Below, piece after piece: positions 40,801 through 48,514 of a DNA stretch of 64,000 nt (the first letter of the stretch is position 1; every line of letters starts with the position of its first letter). Both the position numbers and the translations under genes were made by a program. The notes beneath the pieces are model-generated. The model was given only the letters and a program-made list of their open reading frames with translations. It was not told where the DNA came from and searched no databases. The stretch spans positions 480,001-544,000 of the forward strand of contig CAVSCK010000003.1 in NCBI GenBank assembly GCA_963726455.1, written 5' to 3'. Source of the DNA: an uncultured bacterium (lineage in GTDB: Bacteria > Zixibacteria > MSB-5A5 > CAIYYT01).

Positions 40801-40913
40801 CAAAGCGAATCAGATCGATTGGCCAGTTCTTTCCAAGTCTGTGCCGATAAAGACGGTGAGAAACAGACCAGCATTGCCACGAATGCAAGAAGTATCCCTG
40901 CTGATGCCTTCAT
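37869..40913 (-). CDS. Secreted TPR-repeat + CHAT (caspase-like) protease
   Basis: Signal peptide; kinesin-light-chain-type TPRs (RALAIREKALG.EH.DV); CHAT catalytic LHLATHG and VVLSACETG; W.AF end motif. Confidence 0.93.
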   Translation of the reverse strand: MKASAGILLAFVAMLVCFSPSLSAQTWKELANRSDSLWKAKNPDSAIVTCKALLELTRKEFGGDDTITARVLHRLGTYYLNTSSYAEADTLLRQALGLKIKLFGPNNLEVALSAVNVARLDCDLARFAEAEELLQKAIAIREQLNGREHPGVAECLTILGNIYAQQARYRDAIQCHERALAIREKALGSEHLDVSISLNNLAMDYWVQGRDAEAEPLLRRVLAIREKVLGPDDPQLATVLSNLGNIYYDLSRVAEAEQYWKRALSIREKSRGPDHPEVAASLSNLGALNNDQGKYAVAESLYIRALMIREKAFGQDHPDVGMSMTALANAYLGQERYSEAESLLSRSLGIRERALGPSHPDVALTLGAIADLYYFESRFADAEVLYKKMLSLLEKAIDPGCPYVANYRESLSRAYRANGQFALGIMEESAAFDIRIKLFHDNACMLSEKDALAYSRSIKSAGSNYLSCLIDFGAIDRDSILEGGTVMLESKGIVSEAIMERQRQLTTEKDSTTLNLAESVRGARMRISRLYSAGPGNDTTGAYKRELDSLVAAADDLEAELSRHSASFQRLRALNNISVERISSALPLGTTLVEYLKWDYHQLKPDSLIPRYAALIIGKNEKPEIVNLGSALEIEPLVERLLKHMQQLASSGRMPNAADMAEYEPISRAIYEKIWRPLEKHFKKNQTIFVGLDGSLNLVSLAGLIDEEGKYLTEKYVLHHLSSGRDLIRLKDKPESGRGLFALGDPDFDATISARTQQPGEVQFASTATGEREYRTRDVRSGCGSLSDLKVGSLPFTRAEIEMIAKLWPGRGEDSAQVYVGPKASEDQFKAAAPGKRVLHLATHGYYLTGQCAPQFVAKHNVGPDESFVGENPLLQSGLLLAGANLHGAGCDSAHVDDGILSASEVSGMNLMGTDLVVLSACETGLGEVKSGEGVYGLRRAFQMAGARTVISSLWPVPDEATAAVMSQLYSQSKKPIPERLRDLQLAEIRKLRAARLPDHPYTWGAFISLGDWR

Positions 40914-41366
40914 ACCCGCTCCCTTAAAGTTATGGACTGCCCGAGCGCAGAAGGCACGTCGGCCAGCTACGCCACAAATGTAAACAACACTGCAATTATC
41001 TTCAATTAAGTCTCAGGAGGGTAACATGTCAAGGGGAAAACGGTTGACATGGTTCCACATTGACTAGGAACTAAACCGGGGCGTCCGGATCCCGTCGTCG
41101 CGCTGATCTGGCTTTTCGAGAATCTTGGCTCTCCCTGCCGACTTAGCGGAAGCGAGTCAGTATTTCTTGCGATCGCCACGAGAACACTTCAAGAGACTCG
41201 AAATGATGACTGAAATGCAAACACAGTTATAATCCATTCAGCAGGAACTGGAGAAGCGGGTGGACACGAAGGATAAGTTTGGGTCAATTTGCCAGTCGGG
41301 GATTCTCCTTGACTTCCCTCTCAATGATAAAGCCCCTGGAGATATTGGACTTCAAGGGCCTAAGTT

Positions 41367-41443
<77 letters not shown>

Positions 41444-41452
41444 ATCGCTCCG

Positions 41453-41481
41453 TATATATCAGAGTCCAGGATGAATGTCAA
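41453..41481 (-). promoter_or_regulatory. sigma70 promoter of the tRNA
   Basis: TTGACA-N17-TATATA immediately upstream of the tRNA 5' end. Confidence 0.7.
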
Positions 41482-41696
41482 GCGAAATAAAGAATCATTC
41501 CCCCTATATTTCGGCCGCCGGGATTTGTCCGCAAGTCCATCAAGTCTAACGCGGTGACTAGCATACCATCTTTGAACCAGTGCGTTACGGAGAGGGCGGT
41601 ACGACAGCCGATTAGCCGTCCCTTAGTATTGAGCAGCCAGAAAGAGCTTGCTTTGGGCGGTGTTGTTGTGTACCTCTACGCCGGAGTAAATCAACA

Positions 41697-42554
41697 ATGT
41701 TATCAGAAAATCAAAACCCGAACGTAATTCGTCGCAGCAGCCACGCCGGAAGTTTCTATCCATCCGATCCGGTGGTACTGGCAGGTCAAATTAAGGAAAT
41801 GCTGGAGGCTGCTTCAATTGAAGGTGAGATCGGGAAAGTCGTTGGCTTGGTGTCGCCACATGCCGGTTATATGTATTCGGGTGGTTGCGCGGCGCACGGA
41901 TATAGGACTATCGCTAAGAAGAAATATGATGTCGTGGTTGTGATCTCGCCGTCGCACCAGGTATTCTTTGACGGCGCGTCAGTGTTCAACGGCGGTGGCT
42001 ACGAGACACCTTTGGGTGTAGTTTACACTGAACTTGATTTGGCCAAGGAAATCGGCAACGTTCACCCCAAAGTGACACTGTCTGCGACCGGACACATCGG
42101 TGGCAGAGCAGCCGAGCATGCGCTGGAAGTTCAACTTCCGTTCCTGCAAGTTGTGCTGGGGGATTTCAAACTCGTCCCTATTGTAATGGGGGATCAAGAG
42201 CAGGACGTCGTCACGGCACTAGCCGAAGTTCTCTCATCCAAACTGAGCAACAGGAATGCATTGATAGTAGCCAGCTCTGATTTGTCGCATTACTATCCGG
42301 CCGAGAAGGCGCTCAAGATGGATGGCGGCGTGATCAACGCCATTGAGAAATACGACTGGAAGCTGCTTCAGGACCGAGTCGTCGGAGGCACATCACAGGC
42401 ATGTGGTGCCGGCCCCATTGCCTGCTGCATGTACGCATCGAAACGATTGGGGGCCAATCGAGCGCGCGTAGCGAAGTATACACACTCAGGCATTGTTACC
42501 GGCGACAATTCCGAAGTCGTGGGATACCTGTCTGCGATATTTGACCGGAAATAA
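41697..42554 (+). CDS. amrB: AmmeMemoRadiSam system protein B (MEMO1 family)
   Basis: HAGSFYP, PHAGYMYSG, SPSH, EHALEVQLPFLQ, ASSDLSHY, ACGAGP and VVGY. Confidence 0.92.
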   Translation: MLSENQNPNVIRRSSHAGSFYPSDPVVLAGQIKEMLEAASIEGEIGKVVGLVSPHAGYMYSGGCAAHGYRTIAKKKYDVVVVISPSHQVFFDGASVFNGGGYETPLGVVYTELDLAKEIGNVHPKVTLSATGHIGGRAAEHALEVQLPFLQVVLGDFKLVPIVMGDQEQDVVTALAEVLSSKLSNRNALIVASSDLSHYYPAEKALKMDGGVINAIEKYDWKLLQDRVVGGTSQACGAGPIACCMYASKRLGANRARVAKYTHSGIVTGDNSEVVGYLSAIFDRK

Positions 42555-42743
42555 GCGGCCGGCAACCAGACAATTTCCTCACTCAAAATTCCCTGACATT
42601 GAAAGTTTACTACCGCACTTCTTGTTTGATCTATTCGATGACGGACAGGTGAATACTCTCGTTGCCTCATAACTAGAAGTGGTACCGGTCAAACTTGCGG
42701 TAACTCGGCGCTGTATCAAGCTCAGAAGTGGATTTGCGTTAGC

Positions 42744-42772
42744 TTGACATCATGCCGCCGCTAAGGTAATTT
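42744..42772 (+). promoter_or_regulatory. sigma70 promoter of the dprA operon
   Basis: TTGACA-N17-TAATTT. Confidence 0.55.
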
Positions 42773-42775
42773 GCG

Positions 42776-43708
42776 ATGGAGATGCTTGCGAAATCCGCAT
42801 TTCAAGAGCGATCTTGCGGAAAGGAGTTTCCTATCAGTTTCACAGATGAAGACATAGCGGTAATTGCGATTCGCGAGTACGCGGCAGTCGGGCCGCGCAC
42901 GTTTCAACTCCTGCTGACTCACTTTGGAACTATGGAGAAGATCTTTAGCTCCCTTCCGGGCGAGATCGCCGAGCTTCCCAGGATGAGCGACGAGCGCGAA
43001 GAACAGATACGCGCATCAATGGAAAACGCGCCCTACATCCGCAAACGCTTATCAATGCTTCACGACCGCGGCATTGAGGTTTCGACCGTCTTCAATCTGA
43101 CATATCCAACGTCACTGTTGGAAATCGCCGACCCACCGCCGTTGATCTATTGGCGGGGTGAATACAATGTATTTAATCGCAACTGCGTCGCTATCGTCGG
43201 CACGCACACAGCCAGCAACGGTGGGATCGCCGAGGCCGTCAGACTGGGGAAGATGATCTCCGCAACCGGCGCCGTGGTCGTCTCAGGTCTGGCGCGTGGT
43301 ATAGACGGCGGTGCTCATGTCGGGGCATTGTCCGGCGAGGGCAAAACTATTGCCGTGCTTGGCTGCGGTTTTGATGACATATATCCTCCAGAGCACAAAG
43401 CACTCGCGGACAATATCGCCGGGCACGGACTGCTTGTTTCCGAATACCCGCCGGACTCCGAGGTCACAGTCGGGCGGCTGATGGCGCGTAACCGGCTGAT
43501 TATCGGACTGGCAAAGTCTGTTATTGTCGTGGAGGTATCGTCGGACACCGGCGGCACGGTCGCCGCAATTGCCGAGACAGTCAAGCAGGGCAAGACACTG
43601 TTTACTTGCTTCAATCCCAACACCAATGGCGCCAGCACAAACAGCATGGGGGCGGTCCATTTAGCGAGCGCAGACGACTGGAAAATGGTTCTGCAATACA
43701 TGGTGTGA
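42776..43708 (+). CDS. dprA: DNA-processing protein DprA/Smf (start uncertain)
   Basis: YP..LLEIADPPPLIY.RG, VAIVGT, VVSGLARGIDGGAH, TIAVLGCG, LVSEYPP and ARNRLI.GL. Confidence 0.9.
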   Translation: MEMLAKSAFQERSCGKEFPISFTDEDIAVIAIREYAAVGPRTFQLLLTHFGTMEKIFSSLPGEIAELPRMSDEREEQIRASMENAPYIRKRLSMLHDRGIEVSTVFNLTYPTSLLEIADPPPLIYWRGEYNVFNRNCVAIVGTHTASNGGIAEAVRLGKMISATGAVVVSGLARGIDGGAHVGALSGEGKTIAVLGCGFDDIYPPEHKALADNIAGHGLLVSEYPPDSEVTVGRLMARNRLIIGLAKSVIVVEVSSDTGGTVAAIAETVKQGKTLFTCFNPNTNGASTNSMGAVHLASADDWKMVLQYMV

Positions 43709-43713
43709 CATCG

Positions 43714-43941
43714 ATGAACCACGAAGAACGAGTCAGAGTAATACAGGAAATCGTCGATGAAGCGACCCTGAGATTGATGATGGGCGGCATTACGTTGACG
43801 GACGCAGATCTCATCCTACTACGGGTCCGCAACCAGGCCAGACTCCTGCTCCCGGACAAAATGCAAACATACGACTTGATCTACCATAGTCGCTTGCAGA
43901 GACTGATTGACCAATTCGTCAGGCCCAATCAGCTTGCGTGA
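43714..43941 (+). CDS. Small conserved-looking hypothetical protein
   Basis: ATG 5 nt after the dprA stop; helical MNHEERVRVIQEIVD...LPDKMQTYDLIYHSRLQRLIDQF; overlaps the yigZ start. Confidence 0.65.
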   Translation: MNHEERVRVIQEIVDEATLRLMMGGITLTDADLILLRVRNQARLLLPDKMQTYDLIYHSRLQRLIDQFVRPNQLA

Positions 43942-44554
43942 CAGTTATCTCACTATTGCCGCCAGCATACGTGCGGAAATCAAGGTCGAGCGATCACGAT
44001 TTATCGCCACGGCAACACCGGTAGATTCAAAGGCCACCGCCGAGGCGGCATACGAGCAAATCCGCAAAGAATTCCATGACGCCACTCACAATTGTCTTGC
44101 CTATCAGTTGGGAATGGAACCTAGCGTTATTTTTAGGTATTCCGATGACGGCGAACCCTCGGGTACCGCCGGTAAGCCAATCTATGACGCGATCCTTGGC
44201 CGCGATCTTACCGATATAATGATTGTTGTGACCCGTTACTTCGGAGGCATCAAGCTCGGCACAGGTGGACTTGGACGCGCCTATCGTGACGCGGCAGCGG
44301 CAGTGCTCGACAACGCTTCCGTGGTGGAGCGATTCCTGATGCAGGATTTCAAATTGAGATTTGCACACGAACAGATATCGGCCGTGATGAAATTACTGTC
44401 AGATTTTGGCCTGAAACCGTTGGACACTATCTATGGCGACGATGTGCTGCTTGCTGCAGCGATCAGGCGGGGGCAGTTCGAAATATTCCGAAACGCATTT
44501 GTCGACCGCACGCACGGCAAGGCGGCAATTGAAAAGATTGAGGAGGAAGCATGA
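43934..44554 (+). CDS. yigZ: IMPACT/YigZ family protein
   Basis: KVERSRFIA, ATHNCLAY, SDDGEPSGTAGKPI and VTRYFGGIKLGTGGL.RAY; TTG start approximate. Confidence 0.92.
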   Translation: MRDSYLTIAASIRAEIKVERSRFIATATPVDSKATAEAAYEQIRKEFHDATHNCLAYQLGMEPSVIFRYSDDGEPSGTAGKPIYDAILGRDLTDIMIVVTRYFGGIKLGTGGLGRAYRDAAAAVLDNASVVERFLMQDFKLRFAHEQISAVMKLLSDFGLKPLDTIYGDDVLLAAAIRRGQFEIFRNAFVDRTHGKAAIEKIEEEA

Positions 44555-45126
44555 GCGATTGGCTTGCTAATATCGACACCAATTTGTTCATCTTCTTGAA
44601 CGGGAAGCTGGCAAACCCTGTCTTCGACGCCGTCATGCCGATAATCACCAACGACTGGCTGTTGCGCGTAGTGTTTCTAATCATTGTAGTATCACTCGCA
44701 ATCTTCGGCAAGAAACAGGGTCGAATCGCCGCCGTTCTCTGCGTGATCGCGGTTGGCTGCTCCGATCAAATGTCATCACACCTGATCAAACCGTTGGTAT
44801 CGCGTCTGCGACCATGCCATGTTGTCGCCAGCGTGCACCTGCTAATCAATTGCTCCCAGGGATTGTCTTTTCCGTCATCCCATGCCGCTAATTCCTTTGC
44901 ACCGGCTGTTCTCATGTCATTCTTCTATCCCAAGAAAGTGTGGCTCTTCCTTGCGATTGCGGCGGTCGTGGCCTACTCGCGCATCGTGGTCGGCGTACAT
45001 TATCCGTTCGATGTCGCGGCAGGGGCCGTGGTCGGTGCTATCTGTGGCATTGTCATCGTAGTGATTTACCGTTACGTGAACGCCAGATTCATTGCTAGGA
45101 AGCACCCGCCTCAATCTACGGCTTGA
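44551..45126 (+). CDS. PAP2 family phosphatase (BcrC-like)
   Basis: KPLVSRLRP, SFPSSHA and SRIVVGVHYPFDV. Confidence 0.92.
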   Translation: MSDWLANIDTNLFIFLNGKLANPVFDAVMPIITNDWLLRVVFLIIVVSLAIFGKKQGRIAAVLCVIAVGCSDQMSSHLIKPLVSRLRPCHVVASVHLLINCSQGLSFPSSHAANSFAPAVLMSFFYPKKVWLFLAIAAVVAYSRIVVGVHYPFDVAAGAVVGAICGIVIVVIYRYVNARFIARKHPPQSTA

Positions 45127-45527
45127 CAGGCAGCCAGAGTGGAATTCCGCCTTCGGCAGGCATGCACCTGCCTCTCCGGAGAAATTTTCCTACTATTGAA
45201 TAATGTAGTGTTCGCGCCGCAACCATTTGCGCTGTAAGTCACCAACGCCCAAGTAGTTGACCTTTCACCACGTGTGGGCATCATCTTTGCAGTCTTTGAA
45301 TCGGATTGGAGGGTCATGGAAGACCTGAAAGAATTTCGCCGGTTCAAATCAAATGATCTTGAGCGGCTTCCTGTCGCAGATTCAAGTAGTACCCTTTCTC
45401 CCGTGTCTAGGTCATTCTCAGCAGAATTCGAATTTGCAGTCGGACGGTTTGTGTTATACAGACTCTCCCCTACACGAATCTTCCGTCAAGAGATTTTGCA
45501 CCACTTGCTAGTCGACCGGAGCAACTG

Positions 45528-47558
45528 ATGGAAACCATGTTCGAACAAACTCAGTATCTACCTGCGGAACAGATTGTTAACTCCCTCGAAACAACAAGAC
45601 TATCATCGGAGCCAGGACTCAGAGAGTTGGATTTCTGGAAGGAAATGCAGGTCCCTGATCCGGGGGCTGTTCTTTCTGCGTTTCCGAATATCCTCTCGGG
45701 CTGCGGCTCAAAGGCGAATCTGCGTAAACTCCGCCGCGACTATCCGGACGCGTGTTCGCAAATTGAGGAGAGCGCGCGCGCTGCGCTACAGCATTGTTTC
45801 GACCTGCTTGGTTCAGGGAATGTCGAGCTCGGCGAAAGCATCGACTGGTCACTGGATTTCAAGAGCGGTAAACGCTGGGATTTGCGTGAGCGCCGCCTGC
45901 AGAAACTCATAAATCGACGCGACAACTCAGATGTCAGGATTCCCTGGGAGCTTTCCCGCTGCAATCATTTCCTGACGATGGCGTTGGCGTATCTTCTGAC
46001 CAACGATCACACGTTTGCGATCGAATTCGAGAATCAAGTTTACTCCTGGCGCGACGCGAACCCCTACGAGTTTAGTCTCAACTGGACCAGCACGTCGGAG
46101 ACTTCATATCGGTGCCTCAACTGGTTGGTTGCCTACAAGGCATTCGGCCTGCAACGAAGATTCACCCCGGAATTCGAGCGAGAGTTCTTGACCGAACTCT
46201 ACAAAGGTGGCCGCTTCATTCGCGCCAATCTGGACGACACCGGGCTTGGCGAGAATGCTTCCGACCGTATAATCGATCTCGTGGGTTTGCTGTACATCGG
46301 CGAATTGTTCAGGAATACGACTTACGGTTACGAATGGCGAAGATTGGCGATTGCGCAACTTGAAAGAGAGACCGCCTCTCGGATTGACGCCGAGGGACTT
46401 GAATACGAATCATCGCTTCCCTACCACGGGGTCATATCTGAGTTCCTTCTCTATGCGCAACTGTTGTCCTCAAGAAGTGATTTTCGTTTCTCGGAGACAT
46501 TTGCTGCCACCCTCATCAAGATGCTGCGGCAGCTTGCCTTCTTCACGCAACGTGATGGTACGATCCTGCCGTTCGGAGACTGCGACGACAGTCGCCTGTT
46601 CAAGATTACCGCGCGACATCCCCGTGATTTTCGTGACCTGATTGCAATCGGCAAGGTACAATTCGGGGACTCGTCTGGCGCCGGCACCGCACATGCGCCC
46701 GAGGAATTGGCTGTCTTCGAAGATTCTCAGATTGCGCCTGGCGGTAAAAAGGCCAACCAACCGTTGGGCTGTTCCGTATACTTCACTGCCTCGGGAATAT
46801 GCCGTCTCAGTTCAAACGATCTGACCGCAACTTTCTTCGCAAACGGAGTCAGCGCCGGCGGTTTGGGAAGTCATAAACACAACGACACTCTGAGTTTCAC
46901 CCTCGAACACCACGGAATTCCGGTATTGATTGACCCCGGAACCTACACCTATACCGCCGATGAAACCTGGCGCAATCTATTTCGCTCGGCAGCCAGTCAC
47001 AATTGCGTGACGGTTGACGACTGTGAGCCAAACAGAATGGTAAGCGGTTTGCCCTTCGTACTACGACGCGATAGCCACCCCCTGGTCGTTCGTTGGGACA
47101 GCGACGATGATTTTGATCTGGTGGTCGCCGAAAATGACGGGTACTGCCGGCTGGACGATCCGGTTATACATCGACGTTCGCTCTTTCTCGACAAGGCGAC
47201 GCAAGTACTGTTGCTGCGTGACGAACTTATCGCACAGGGCCTGCATGTCATCAACTACCATTTTCAGGCCGACAACATCAGAATCACGCTGCTCAGAGAT
47301 CAATATCTGCGACTGCAACCGCACGCAGACGGATCAGGGATTCTACTGGCAAACTGCGTCCCCGGACTGAGTATGGGAATCAGCACCAATTGGGTTTCGC
47401 CGCGATATGGTGTCAAACACTCCGGCCTGAAAATCACTGCCTCGGCGAAAGTCAAGTTGCCGTTTGCTTCGCTTTTCGCCTTTGTACCTGACGACACCGG
47501 TGATTTGGTTTCGGCAGGTGCGAAGATTGAAGCCGCTCGCAACTTGATCGGCTGGTAG
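45528..47558 (+). CDS. Heparinase II/III family protein
   Basis: IDWSLDFKSG, DVRIPWELSR, ESSLPYH, FGD.DD and HKHNDTLSF...IDPGTYTY...RNLFRSAASHN. Confidence 0.88.
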   Translation: METMFEQTQYLPAEQIVNSLETTRLSSEPGLRELDFWKEMQVPDPGAVLSAFPNILSGCGSKANLRKLRRDYPDACSQIEESARAALQHCFDLLGSGNVELGESIDWSLDFKSGKRWDLRERRLQKLINRRDNSDVRIPWELSRCNHFLTMALAYLLTNDHTFAIEFENQVYSWRDANPYEFSLNWTSTSETSYRCLNWLVAYKAFGLQRRFTPEFEREFLTELYKGGRFIRANLDDTGLGENASDRIIDLVGLLYIGELFRNTTYGYEWRRLAIAQLERETASRIDAEGLEYESSLPYHGVISEFLLYAQLLSSRSDFRFSETFAATLIKMLRQLAFFTQRDGTILPFGDCDDSRLFKITARHPRDFRDLIAIGKVQFGDSSGAGTAHAPEELAVFEDSQIAPGGKKANQPLGCSVYFTASGICRLSSNDLTATFFANGVSAGGLGSHKHNDTLSFTLEHHGIPVLIDPGTYTYTADETWRNLFRSAASHNCVTVDDCEPNRMVSGLPFVLRRDSHPLVVRWDSDDDFDLVVAENDGYCRLDDPVIHRRSLFLDKATQVLLLRDELIAQGLHVINYHFQADNIRITLLRDQYLRLQPHADGSGILLANCVPGLSMGISTNWVSPRYGVKHSGLKITASAKVKLPFASLFAFVPDDTGDLVSAGAKIEAARNLIGW

Positions 47559-47667
47559 GCGACCGCTCTGATAAGCGAGACATCGTTTTAGCCCTGACAT
47601 CACACGCACATTACGTATATTGTATGATGGTGTCGGCGGTCGACGAACGGACGGCGGCAAAACTATT

Positions 47668-48417
47668 ATGACACATTGTCGAAGAATGTTAGCTTATGGT
47701 ATCAGTTTGATTTTGGTCTGGCTTCTGGGGTCGGCACCTGTATTGAGCAGAGACAGTACACATATGAACGAGAACGACAAGGATCCCTTCCATTATCAGC
47801 GCCGGCAGATGGTGGAAACGCAACTAGCAGCGCGCGATATTCATGACAAACTGGTCCTGGAGGCAATGGCCAAAGTGCCCCGGCACGAATTCATTCCCAA
47901 ACAGTTTCGCGACGAAAGCTATACGGACAACCCGCTATCCATTGGCTATGGACAAACGATTTCGCAACCTTACATCGTAGCGTTAATGACTCAGTTGGCG
48001 CTGGTGGATACATCGTCGAAAGTGCTGGAGATCGGCACCGGATCGGGATATCAAGCCGCGATACTGGCGACACTGGTCAAGCAGGTATATTCGATCGAGA
48101 TAGTTGAGCCACTATGCCGGCGTGCGGATTCAACTCTGTCCAAACTGGGCTACACCAATGTGACTGTAAAATGTGGTGACGGCTATCGGGGGTGGCCGGA
48201 GCAAGCGCCTTTTGACGCCGTACTCGTCACGGCGGCGCCTGACCATATTCCCCAACCTTTGATCGATCAGCTCAAAGTAGGCGGCCGGCTGGTGATTCCG
48301 GTCGGTGATCAAAACCAGGAATTACTGCAAATTGTCAAATCGGAGCAGGGCACGATCACCAAGGATGTCATCCCAGTGCGTTTCGTCCCCATGACCGGCG
48401 AGGCGGAAAAGCGGTAG
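47668..48417 (+). CDS. pcm: Protein-L-isoaspartate(D-aspartate) O-methyltransferase
   Basis: VPRHEF, QTISQPYIVA, VLEIGTGSGYQAA, GDGY.GWPEQAPFD and VRFVPM; start 47668 or 47763. Confidence 0.95.
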   Translation: MTHCRRMLAYGISLILVWLLGSAPVLSRDSTHMNENDKDPFHYQRRQMVETQLAARDIHDKLVLEAMAKVPRHEFIPKQFRDESYTDNPLSIGYGQTISQPYIVALMTQLALVDTSSKVLEIGTGSGYQAAILATLVKQVYSIEIVEPLCRRADSTLSKLGYTNVTVKCGDGYRGWPEQAPFDAVLVTAAPDHIPQPLIDQLKVGGRLVIPVGDQNQELLQIVKSEQGTITKDVIPVRFVPMTGEAEKR

Positions 48418-48461
48418 GCCATCTACCCCAATTGTGCACGTTACATAATGAGGCCATCCGC

Positions 48462-48496
48462 AAAAACAAAAGCCCCGCCGGTGGCGGGGCTTTCTA
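48462..48496. terminator. Bidirectional intrinsic terminator between convergent pcm and ppdK
   Basis: A-tract, aaagccccgcc-ggt-ggcggggcttt hairpin, T-tract. Confidence 0.8.
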
Positions 48497-48514
48497 TTAA
48501 CAGTCGTGACTGAG

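Noticed and set aside
45274-45528. 84 aa ORF upstream of the heparinase gene
   Set aside because: No motif, no clear RBS; cannot be supported.
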